Assembly (NCBI GenBank): GCA_041661045.1
Contig: JBAZVE010000001.1
Coordinates: 120,001-152,000 of the forward strand
Direction: 5' to 3'
DNA length: 32,000 nt
From: Candidatus Saccharimonadota bacterium
GTDB lineage: Bacteria; Patescibacteriota; Gracilibacteria; UBA1369; 2-02-FULL-48-14
Shown here: one piece after another, positions 24,131 to 31,606 of the stretch
Layout of the letters: each line of letters starts with the position of its first letter
How positions within the stretch are numbered: position 1 is the stretch's first letter
The notes under the pieces: model-generated
Told to the model about the DNA's origin: nothing
Database searches by the model: none
The model's input: the letters and a program-made list of their open reading frames with translations, nothing else
Made by a program: the position numbers and the translations under genes

Positions 24131-25357
24131 TTAAGCGTCCATAAAATGGATCATGCCTTGGATGCCATTTGAATATACTTTTAGCCGTATTTCTTCATAG
24201 GGGCGTTGGATGGATCTCCCTTCTTCTATGATACTGGTTAGAGTTATTGCCTCTTTCTCTCCTCGAGGTGGCTTCCGAAAACCCATCTTCACTAAACTCA
24301 CGGGTGCTCTTTTTACCCACCTAAGATCCCCATGTGCAAGGATGGAAGTTTGATATGAAAGATAGGCACCTATGTTTCTAGGTTGCACCCACAGTGGTAA
24401 TGACTCTCTATTGTGGAATGTATTGAGCGCATAGGCGACCTGAGTTTCATTTTCACGTAATTGTAGGAATTCACGAATCGTTTCTTCTGAATTTCTGGTT
24501 GAAATATCAGGCGTTAGATCCGCTCGGTGCATCACTTCGGTTCCTTCAGGCCCTGTTAGTCCAAATGCGTCGAAAGGTCGAGTCACATCAAAGTAATCGC
24601 CGTCTAAATCTCTTGTAAGTCCCTCTAGGTCAAAATCAGCCGCTGGCTCGTGGGGCTTGAATAAACGCGCTTGGTAGAATAATACTCCTCCATTTCTTTC
24701 TCCCCATTCCATTTGGAAAGAGTGACTGTAGGGCATCAAGCCACTTTCTTGCACCTTTCTATATAATGCTAAAACCTTTTTGGTCACAGGGCTTAAGTCT
24801 CTATCAGCTTCTGTAAAAGTGTATTCTGAGAATTCATGTGCGATCCTAAAAACTCCTCTTTGGTGTGGATGCTCAATGATTGAACCCGATTGACCCTCAT
24901 TATGATCTTGGACGAGAATTCCTACCTGTCCATCAAAGGGTTTTCCCGTTTCATACTCCACATAGGCTGCCACATCTTCACTCGTGGAGTCGGCACGTAC
25001 CCTTTCAATGGCTGCGAGCACTGCATCCCTTCCGCGGACTTTTGCTTCACTTGGAATCACATCCACCATCCCAAATACATCCAAGGGGTGACAGGCGCGT
25101 ACTATTTTCTGTCGACTGAAGTCTATTCTTTCTAAAATTCGGACAGGGTCTTCGCCTGGAGCAAGGTAAACCGTGCCCGAAGGTAAATGTTCGCGAAGAT
25201 TTGCTTGAGTGTCCCGCAAAAATGCATGCGAGCCAGCTTTACTACCGCCCTTTTCCATTAAATATCTTCGAGCGTCTGCATTCTCCCAACGGATGCTTTC
25301 TGAACTCATTGCACTCGGAGTTTTGTAATAAGAATGAATCTTACACGAACTGCTCAT
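24131..25357 (-). CDS. PPDK_N/PEP-utilising-family ATP-grasp-like protein with an unassigned C-terminal half (no phospho-His swivel domain)
   Basis: GGSKAGSHAFL (cf. GGKxxxL), VGILVQDHNEGQSGSIIEHP (cf. vvVQxMvxxxxSGVxFTxxP), FQMEWGERNGGVLFYQARLFKP (cf. DIEWaxxxgxlyilQaRP). ATG at 25357 chosen; the track's TTG at 25366 and an ATG at 25309 are alternatives. Confidence 0.6.
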   Translation of the reverse strand: MSSSCKIHSYYKTPSAMSSESIRWENADARRYLMEKGGSKAGSHAFLRDTQANLREHLPSGTVYLAPGEDPVRILERIDFSRQKIVRACHPLDVFGMVDVIPSEAKVRGRDAVLAAIERVRADSTSEDVAAYVEYETGKPFDGQVGILVQDHNEGQSGSIIEHPHQRGVFRIAHEFSEYTFTEADRDLSPVTKKVLALYRKVQESGLMPYSHSFQMEWGERNGGVLFYQARLFKPHEPAADFDLEGLTRDLDGDYFDVTRPFDAFGLTGPEGTEVMHRADLTPDISTRNSEETIREFLQLRENETQVAYALNTFHNRESLPLWVQPRNIGAYLSYQTSILAHGDLRWVKRAPVSLVKMGFRKPPRGEKEAITLTSIIEEGRSIQRPYEEIRLKVYSNGIQGMIHFMDA

Positions 25358-25398
25358 GAGGGGCAATTTGATACATCAAAAACCCTGCTCCTTCAAAA

Positions 25399-25415
25399 AG
25401 GTTCTAATAGTGTCT
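25399..25415 (-). promoter_or_regulatory. Island upstream motif, degenerate copy (M1)
   Basis: Plus strand aggttctaatagtgtct matches the first 17 nt of the 31-nt motif with one mismatch. It sits upstream of a putative TTGAAG-N17-TATCAA promoter of the 24131-25357 gene. Confidence 0.5.
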
Positions 25416-25452
25416 CACAGTAAGGCTACTCTCTTTTGATGTTGTTCAGCCA

Positions 25453-25851
25453 CTAAGCACTGGCCCATCCCGACATCAATGCTAGAAATTGTGGTGCTGC
25501 TGGAGCTGATTTCGTTCCATTCATTACGGAGATAGAGCTTGGGCCTAAGACGACTGTAAAAGCTGGTTGATTTGGAGACTCACCTCTTGTAGGGTCATAG
25601 AAAAACATCTGTACCCTGCCTGGATCACCATCGGCAGATTTAACATCAAAGCTACTGGCTCCTAATTGAGTAGGTAGCCTTCTACCGTCCCTAACTGTTA
25701 TGGGTTCACCTGGGCGGCTTGCTTCACCTTGGGACCCTATGATGCCCTCGAGTTTTTGCATAAGGGTCGCACGGCCTGTATCCATTGGTGTACCTGTTGG
25801 GATGTTGGCACCACCTCCGACATAGCGACCTCCTTCTCTGGGTGTATCCAT
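25453..25851 (-). CDS. Hypothetical 132-aa soluble Gly/Pro/Ser-rich protein
   Basis: ORF with its own promoter (TTTGCA-N17-TATAAT). No hydrophobic segment and no recognisable family. Confidence 0.55.
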   Translation of the reverse strand: MDTPREGGRYVGGGANIPTGTPMDTGRATLMQKLEGIIGSQGEASRPGEPITVRDGRRLPTQLGASSFDVKSADGDPGRVQMFFYDPTRGESPNQPAFTVVLGPSSISVMNGTKSAPAAPQFLALMSGWASA

Positions 25852-25880
25852 GGGTGATATGGTTAAAATTTAGTATCGTA

Positions 25881-25909
25881 ATTATAGCATAAATTTTTTA
25901 TTATGCAAA
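25881..25909 (-). promoter_or_regulatory. Sigma70-like promoter of the 132-aa gene
   Basis: Minus strand TTTGCA (25909-25904), 17-nt spacer, TATAAT (25886-25881). ATG 31 nt downstream of the -10. Confidence 0.55.
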
Positions 25910-25938
25910 TTTGCCTTGCGGATGCTGCTCCCGCAGGT

Positions 25939-25969
25939 AGGTTCTAATAGCGTCTATAGTGCAGCTCCA
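25939..25969 (-). promoter_or_regulatory. Island upstream motif copy M2 (31 nt)
   Basis: Plus strand aggttctaatagcgtctatagtgcagctcca differs at one position from 30008-30038. Confidence 0.6.
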
Positions 25970-26030
25970 TCCTCGTCGCAGACGAGTCGTTCCCATTAAG
26001 GTGCCCCGAATGGGGTGATTTTTATTTTAT

Positions 26031-26771
26031 CTATGCATCTTGCATTACCCTCCTCTCTATTTGATCTAAGAGTATATCTGGCAAATCTCTTCGTTCACTC
26101 ACTTCTATCACCTCTTGTCCAGGCTGGAGTAGAAAAGTTTGTTTCGGCTTGAAGTTAACACCAACTATATTTGCTACAGCCAAGTCTTGCCTGTCCCGTT
26201 CCATTGATCTAGTCGCTTTTGCTAGGAGCTGCACCACGCTTGACTCTTCTGTAAGAAGCTTAAATCCTACCAGAAAAATTCCTTCACGAGTGGTTTTTAC
26301 TTGGGAAATAATTTTAGCAAGGGCAACTAAGTGTAAATCTAATCCATTTCCATCTGAGGCAATTTTCCCATCTACTTTTTGGGGTCCGTAGTCAGAAGCA
26401 GCCATCGCTAGAATGGCGATGTCCATATCTGGGCGAGCAACGCGCTCCAACAGACTCCTCTGATAATGATCAAAATCTGTAACAGGACTCAGGGTTAACC
26501 GGTCAGAAATGGCACGGTAGTTTTCAATTGCAGATCGTATTCTTTGCAATTCAGTTTCAATATCAACTTCTGGGTCTGCCATCAATTCTCTTCCAAATGG
26601 AAGCCTTGCATTTTCTGCATGGACATAATCAACTTTATGCCCCCTTAAAAGAGCTACTTCCGCGATAGCTGCACCCGTAGTTCCTTTGGAACGATTGGTT
26701 AGAATTCTGACGTCATCAACGGGTACCGCAGTGCCGCCACTCGAAATAACAAAATTTAGTGGTTTTCTCAT
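26031..26771 (-). CDS. CoaB/DFP-family ligase (phosphopantothenate--cysteine ligase-like), stand-alone
   Basis: FVISSGGTAVPVDDVRILTNRSKGTTGAAIAEVALLRGHKVDYV (cf. E. coli Dfp [26 protein letters not shown]). AMAASDYGPQKVDGKIAS..LDLHLVALAKII (cf. AAVADYR..KIKK..L.L..NPDI). FLVGFKLLTE, DLAVANIV. Confidence 0.78.
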   Translation of the reverse strand: MRKPLNFVISSGGTAVPVDDVRILTNRSKGTTGAAIAEVALLRGHKVDYVHAENARLPFGRELMADPEVDIETELQRIRSAIENYRAISDRLTLSPVTDFDHYQRSLLERVARPDMDIAILAMAASDYGPQKVDGKIASDGNGLDLHLVALAKIISQVKTTREGIFLVGFKLLTEESSVVQLLAKATRSMERDRQDLAVANIVGVNFKPKQTFLLQPGQEVIEVSERRDLPDILLDQIERRVMQDA

Positions 26772-27619
26772 GTAACAATTGCTAATGATTGTAAGGCCTG
26801 TCCTACTGATCCCTTCCCCAAGTTGTCAAATGCGACATGGACGGTAAACCGTGATCCTTCTTGCACCCAATACACATGTACTTCATCGGTCCCCACTACT
26901 TCGCCCCATTGAGGAGTCTTGTTACGGTGCACCACTCGCCCTGAAGTGAAAGGGTGCTCTGAATAAGGAACCTCTTCGGAGGTTTTTAAGTCGCCATGAA
27001 TAGCCATGGTCGTACCACGGTAGCGTCTAGCCAACTGAGGGACCATTCTTAGTTCTAGCGCTTGTACGCCCAGATTGCTTTTGATTTCAGGAATATGAGG
27101 ATGATTCAAGCCTGTATTTGGGACAATAAGGTCTTGTTCTGGATTCTCTTCAAAAAAAGTAACCCATTTTTTCCCACCCGTTGAGGCTCCACCAATGGCT
27201 TCAATATGAACCGCACTCCTAGTGTCGATTTGATTTCTTATAGGCCACAAGGCCAAGGAAGCGGCTGTAGCAAAACATCCCGGCCCGACAAGTCGAGTTG
27301 TTCCTTTTATAAGTTGTGGATTCAATTCTGGCAATGCATACTCCCATCCTTCTTTGCCTCGATGGATTCCAGAACAATCATAAATAACAAGACCGGGGTT
27401 GATGGCAGCTATTCCTTCTACTACCTCCAGACTATGCCTACGCGGAATGGCAGAGACTACTGCAGTGCAGTCCATCAAGGCTTTTACCTTTGCCTCGTAC
27501 GAAGCCGTTCTCCAATCTAGATCAGGGGACCCCAGTTCAAAATCTTCGTGTGAGTCAAGCCTCCTCACAAACTCCGCCCCAATTGGCCCTGTTTTTCCTA
27601 AAAGGAGTACTTTTTTCAT
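26768..27619 (-). CDS. ArgC/LysY-family N-acyl-gamma-glutamyl-phosphate reductase-like dehydrogenase (short form, 283 aa)
   Basis: MKKVLLLGKTGPIGAEF (NAD(P) fold). Active-site LVGPGCFATAASLALWPI (cf. ArgC VPGCYPTAAQLALKPL). IGGASTGGKK, NHPHIPEI, AFDNLGKGSVGQALQSL (cf. DNLLKGAAAQAVQ). ATGA overlap with the CoaB-like gene. Confidence 0.8.
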   Translation of the reverse strand: MKKVLLLGKTGPIGAEFVRRLDSHEDFELGSPDLDWRTASYEAKVKALMDCTAVVSAIPRRHSLEVVEGIAAINPGLVIYDCSGIHRGKEGWEYALPELNPQLIKGTTRLVGPGCFATAASLALWPIRNQIDTRSAVHIEAIGGASTGGKKWVTFFEENPEQDLIVPNTGLNHPHIPEIKSNLGVQALELRMVPQLARRYRGTTMAIHGDLKTSEEVPYSEHPFTSGRVVHRNKTPQWGEVVGTDEVHVYWVQEGSRFTVHVAFDNLGKGSVGQALQSLAIVT

Positions 27620-27620
27620 G

Positions 27621-28181
27621 TTATTTAATTAATTCGCTGGGCTCCCAGCTAAACATATCTCTAGTTACTCTACCCATTCCTTCTGGAGCCGACTCTCGTG
27701 GAAAATATCTATACTCTGTATGCTCATTAGATAGTTGGATCGCATTTGGATCACCCTCTACGTCAAGCAGATAGCCATGAACGACATAAAGTCGACCCCT
27801 CTTAACCTGTACCGCCCGCCTAACGGCAATTTTCCTTGCTACTACCGTGTTGAGAGCGGTTTCTTCAAAGGTTTCTCTCCTCACCGTTACATCTAATGGC
27901 TCTTTCCCAACGATATTCCCAGCTATTCTCAGAAACTCACGTCTCCCGCCTGGGAAACACCATTCGTTTGGGTATGATCTATCAAAGCTAGGTCTTTTCA
28001 AAAGCAACTTTTCCCCTAATGGATTCTGAATAATGCCTATTGCAACTTCAATAAGCTCCGGCTTGGCTCCACTTTCACACATGGCCACCCACAGTTCTCT
28101 TACCCTTTTCCATTCTGTTAAAGGGTCTTCAATTTCCTCTGCATGTGCCCACAATATGTTTTCCTTGGTCTCAATGGCCAT
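27621..28181 (-). CDS. Nudix hydrolase
   Basis: Nudix box GNIVGKEPLDVTVRRETFEETAL (Gx5Ex7REUxEExGU with G to A at the penultimate position). 1-nt gap to the ArgC-like start. Confidence 0.8.
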   Translation of the reverse strand: MAIETKENILWAHAEEIEDPLTEWKRVRELWVAMCESGAKPELIEVAIGIIQNPLGEKLLLKRPSFDRSYPNEWCFPGGRREFLRIAGNIVGKEPLDVTVRRETFEETALNTVVARKIAVRRAVQVKRGRLYVVHGYLLDVEGDPNAIQLSNEHTEYRYFPRESAPEGMGRVTRDMFSWEPSELIK

Positions 28182-28205
28182 TGCCTTCTTTAAAAATAGT
28201 TTCGC

Positions 28206-28237
28206 ATTTTGACACTTAATTTAGATCCTGTCAATCC
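28206..28237 (-). promoter_or_regulatory. Sigma70-like promoter upstream of the Nudix gene, paralogous to the promoter at 29959-29990
   Basis: Minus strand GGATTGACAggATCTAAAT...; TTGACA (28234-28229), 17-nt spacer, CAAAAT (28211-28206). Confidence 0.5.
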
Positions 28238-28279
28238 TTTCCAGACCCTCTTCAGGACTGTTTTTGCGCTTGTCTATGC

Positions 28280-29938
28280 TTACATTAGACTACCTGAATA
28301 CCAAGAATACAGAGCAGGTGGAGAACCTTCTTTCCAATGTCTTACCCGAGAGGAACCGTCTGAACTAAAAATAATATCCATTTCATTGAGGCCAGTTTCT
28401 GCATCTTTTCCCAACTGTAAGACTCCATGTTCTTCATCAAATACAATAAATCCACTTTGAATTGCACTTGAAACTCCTGTAAGAAAATTCGCCCTACGCG
28501 CGTTTGCGTTTGGAAATTTTTCTTGTAGTTTAGTGGTTAAAAACCTTACTGGATCTACATCCCCAACTTGCAATGCAATACTTCGCCTCACTAGCATTAA
28601 AGCCTCTCGTAATTCATTGTTGGTTTCTATTTCATTGGCATCCCAATTCTCTATTCTTCTACCACGAACGGATTCTGCATAGTTAGGGTCGAATATCATT
28701 CGAGCATAACGCTTTTGCAGATAATCAGGCAGATCGCTTGGTATAATGGGTTCGAGTTCTGAGGCTGGACGCCAATTTGGCAGACTTATAGCTAAACCAT
28801 TAGCTATATCTTGTCCGCGTGATGACCAGAGTTCAGAATAGTAGGATTCTAATTGAGTTCCTACGCTATCAAGTTCTTGGAGTATGGAAGGATATTCCCT
28901 GAAGTACCACCTGGCTCTGGCTATGTCTTGTCTTGCATAGACTACACTTCCAAAAATAAGATGATTCTTCCCTCTTGATATCTGGTCTTCTGTATATTGC
29001 TTGATCCTCTCCAGTAAAACTGTCCTGATAGCATCAGCGATGGATTGAGCCCTAGCTTCAGATTTGTCTTGCGTTTCACACAATTCAAGCGAAGCAAGAT
29101 TGACTGCTAAATCATGAACTGCTGAGCCAGTCGTTGAAAGTACCGGGTAACTAAGGGGTTGTTTAGTAATGTTACGGAATCTCTCGAGACTGGCCTCGAA
29201 TCGTGGGTTCAATAAATTGCTTGCGGTGGCCACCACTTGATCCTTGAGGTTTTTAGTACTAGCGAAATCTAGAAAAGCTTGAAGTGCCTCAACTTCCGCT
29301 AGCAATGCCCCATCCATATGGGAATATCTATGGAATGTGTCTTTGATACAATGCTTTACAATCTCAGGATTCGCTAAATTATCAGCTGTCAGCAACTCGT
29401 TGAGCCAATAGTTGTTATCTATGTCCGGAAAAAATTCGCTCATGTTCTCTCTTTCAACCCAGGCTAAATAAGGTGCTCCTTGAAAGCAGTGTGGAATATG
29501 TTCCGCTAACCTAGCAAAAGCCTGCTGCGCCACTTTGGGTGAACATCCGCACTCCTCGGCCATCCACCACAATATTTCGGAAAAATTTTCGGGCGATTTT
29601 ATTCGATTGACCCCAGCTAGTTTTTCATCATCCTCTCCTGCCCATTCAGATATTTCAGGATAGTACTTAGCTAAAATAATTCTGTTTCTCAAGCTCAATC
29701 CTCTTATAGCTTCAGGTGTCAGATATTCGTGGAGTGCCATAAAACAGCTAGCCTTTTCTTCCCATGTGAGACCCAGTTCATAAATATCAAAAAAGACCTT
29801 TGTGAATTCCCCAGGGTTATTTACTAAATCCTGGCCTCCCTTCTCTTTTGGATCACCAAACCCATAGGGAGTACTCCAGGTCGATTCCTCTGCTCCACGG
29901 AGCGGGGATGCAGTATGTTCAGATTGAGACTTACTCAT
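28280..29938 (-). CDS. Hypothetical 552-aa alpha-helical protein, paralog of the 30107-31510 product
   Basis: Shared blocks with the 467-aa protein: NPGEFTKVFF/DPGNFLTYFA, AKYYPEIS/AKYFPNLN, SEFFPDIDNNYW..NPEIVKHCI/REYFPDFDLQAW..HPEVVERIA. No family recognised. Confidence 0.7.
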   Translation of the reverse strand: MSKSQSEHTASPLRGAEESTWSTPYGFGDPKEKGGQDLVNNPGEFTKVFFDIYELGLTWEEKASCFMALHEYLTPEAIRGLSLRNRIILAKYYPEISEWAGEDDEKLAGVNRIKSPENFSEILWWMAEECGCSPKVAQQAFARLAEHIPHCFQGAPYLAWVERENMSEFFPDIDNNYWLNELLTADNLANPEIVKHCIKDTFHRYSHMDGALLAEVEALQAFLDFASTKNLKDQVVATASNLLNPRFEASLERFRNITKQPLSYPVLSTTGSAVHDLAVNLASLELCETQDKSEARAQSIADAIRTVLLERIKQYTEDQISRGKNHLIFGSVVYARQDIARARWYFREYPSILQELDSVGTQLESYYSELWSSRGQDIANGLAISLPNWRPASELEPIIPSDLPDYLQKRYARMIFDPNYAESVRGRRIENWDANEIETNNELREALMLVRRSIALQVGDVDPVRFLTTKLQEKFPNANARRANFLTGVSSAIQSGFIVFDEEHGVLQLGKDAETGLNEMDIIFSSDGSSRVRHWKEGSPPALYSWYSGSLM

Positions 29939-29958
29939 GATTTAGACTACGGTTGGCT

Positions 29959-29990
29959 AGTATAACAATAAGATTTAGATATGTCAATCC
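29959..29990 (-). promoter_or_regulatory. Sigma70-like promoter of the 552-aa gene
   Basis: Minus strand GGATTGACAtATCTAAAT; TTGACA (29987-29982), exactly 17 nt, TATACT (29964-29959). ATG 20 nt downstream. Confidence 0.6.
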
Positions 29991-30007
29991 TCCCGTGTCT
30001 CCAAAAA

Positions 30008-30038
30008 AGGTTCTAATAGCGTCTATGGTGCAGCTCCA
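30008..30038 (-). promoter_or_regulatory. Island upstream motif copy M3 (31 nt)
   Basis: Plus strand aggttctaatagcgtctatggtgcagctcca lies just upstream of the -35 of the 552-aa gene promoter. Confidence 0.6.
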
Positions 30039-30106
30039 AGAGGTTTACAGGTCAAAAGAACGAGATCCCAATATCTCCAAAATCAGCTTTTTGACCGTAA
30101 TCTGGG

Positions 30107-31510
30107 TCAGATGTCCCCCTTTATAGCTATACTCGGGAAAAGATCGCGAAGACTTGCGATGCGGGGATCTGGGTTAACTGTCGATCTGGCAGCATTACGG
30201 AAGAGACCTTGTACAGCGCCTATAACCCGTGGATCGTCGGTTACGGCCTCAGTAAGATATACCAGCTCACGGTCACTCCAATCCCTACCCCCGTTCAGCC
30301 AAGACAAAAAATTCTCAACACGATTAAAATTCAAAACAATGGGTGGCTTCAAATCTGGATCCCTATGAATAGCCACTTCCCTATCCAGCAAATAATCTCG
30401 GACTATTGGATCAGCCAAGAACATATCTGCCCATTGCTTGAGTTTTTCTGAATGACCTACTCGACTTCTATCTTTATCTCTTTCCCGTCCACTCATCTTT
30501 TGGAATTTGGCTCTCATCTCCGCTTCAATTCGGTCTATAATGGAAGCGATAGCGTCTTTTGTTTGTAAGGAGATTTCTCTTGATCCCTGTTCATCCACTA
30601 ACTGTTTAAGAAGAAGGGTTATTCCAACGAAAAAGGAGATAGTTGGTGTCGAGTGCAGAGCTTTAATATCCTGGTCGCGAACTGATCTAGACACTCCCTC
30701 AATTTCACCATTAAATCGCTTCATAAGTGCTTCTCGGGTCATAGCCCTAACAACTTCTTCCTTTTCATAGCGCTCAGCTAGAGTGAAAAAACTTTCCAAC
30801 TCAGCCAGCATTTCTTGTTCAGTAGGTGTAATCCTATACGGCCTACCCTGAATAGCATGAGCTATCCGTTCAACAACTTCAGGATGACTTTCTATGTCCT
30901 CCATGAGTCTGGGCTCCCAGGCTTGAAGGTCAAAATCTGGAAAATATTCTCGTATTTTACGCCGGTCAGTAAAGACCAGATCAGGCCTATCCCCCAAGAT
31001 TTCAGGTGTCTTTCCCTCTAATTTTTTCATGCATGCCTCTCCCACTTGTAGATTGCACCGGGACATAAGAATAGATCCGAGCAACTCATCATATGAAAGT
31101 GAGGGGTCACCTGTAGAAAGTCTTTCCAACTCACTGGTAAAGTAGCTTGGGAAGACAGCCTCCTCCTCCCCACTGATACTATTCAAGTTAGGGAAGTACT
31201 TGGCCAGTTCCCTTCTTATTGCATAAGAAGCCCTTTGAACAGACTCCACCAAAAGTTTACTGCGTTGACGATCACTTAGAAGTGCGTCCAAGGCATCAGC
31301 AATAATCTTTCTGTAATCCTCATCCTCTAAAAGGCGTGTATACTCCTGAGTGCGTGCAAAATAGGTAAGAAAGTTTCCGGGGTCTTTTTTAATCTCTTCG
31401 CAATGCCACAATGCTAATTCGCACTCGCCTTTTTTCCCTGTATCTGGTGCTTGATCTTTTAACATTTTTGGATTGGAGTAAATGGTCAATGCAGAGTCGG
31501 GACCTGCCAT
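30107..31510 (-). CDS. Hypothetical 467-aa alpha-helical protein, paralog of the 28280-29938 product
   Basis: Long ORF with TTGACA (31552-31547) upstream. Colinear similarity blocks to the 552-aa protein. No family recognised. Confidence 0.7.
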   Translation of the reverse strand: MAGPDSALTIYSNPKMLKDQAPDTGKKGECELALWHCEEIKKDPGNFLTYFARTQEYTRLLEDEDYRKIIADALDALLSDRQRSKLLVESVQRASYAIRRELAKYFPNLNSISGEEEAVFPSYFTSELERLSTGDPSLSYDELLGSILMSRCNLQVGEACMKKLEGKTPEILGDRPDLVFTDRRKIREYFPDFDLQAWEPRLMEDIESHPEVVERIAHAIQGRPYRITPTEQEMLAELESFFTLAERYEKEEVVRAMTREALMKRFNGEIEGVSRSVRDQDIKALHSTPTISFFVGITLLLKQLVDEQGSREISLQTKDAIASIIDRIEAEMRAKFQKMSGRERDKDRSRVGHSEKLKQWADMFLADPIVRDYLLDREVAIHRDPDLKPPIVLNFNRVENFLSWLNGGRDWSDRELVYLTEAVTDDPRVIGAVQGLFRNAARSTVNPDPRIASLRDLFPSIAIKGDI

Positions 31511-31606
31511 CGTTACTAGAAACTAGTCTATACTAAAACTTGATTTTGTCAAGCCCCCTATGGCTGGAAATGTTGAAACTCCACCCTCGTCCCAAACGAG
31601 TGTTTT

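Noticed and set aside
25852-30106. Island intergenic repeats as integron attC-like cassette sites
   Set aside because: There are no RYYYAAC/GTTRRRY core pairs and no intI. The genes have their own promoters, and the motif sits upstream of -35 boxes rather than at cassette 3' ends.
31579-31594. ctccaccctcgtccca as a possible degenerate third copy of the tRNA 3' end, which would mark the right border of the 7.4-kb island
   Set aside because: It aligns only with several indels and mismatches, which is within chance expectation. It remains a hypothesis to test by comparative genomics, not a call.
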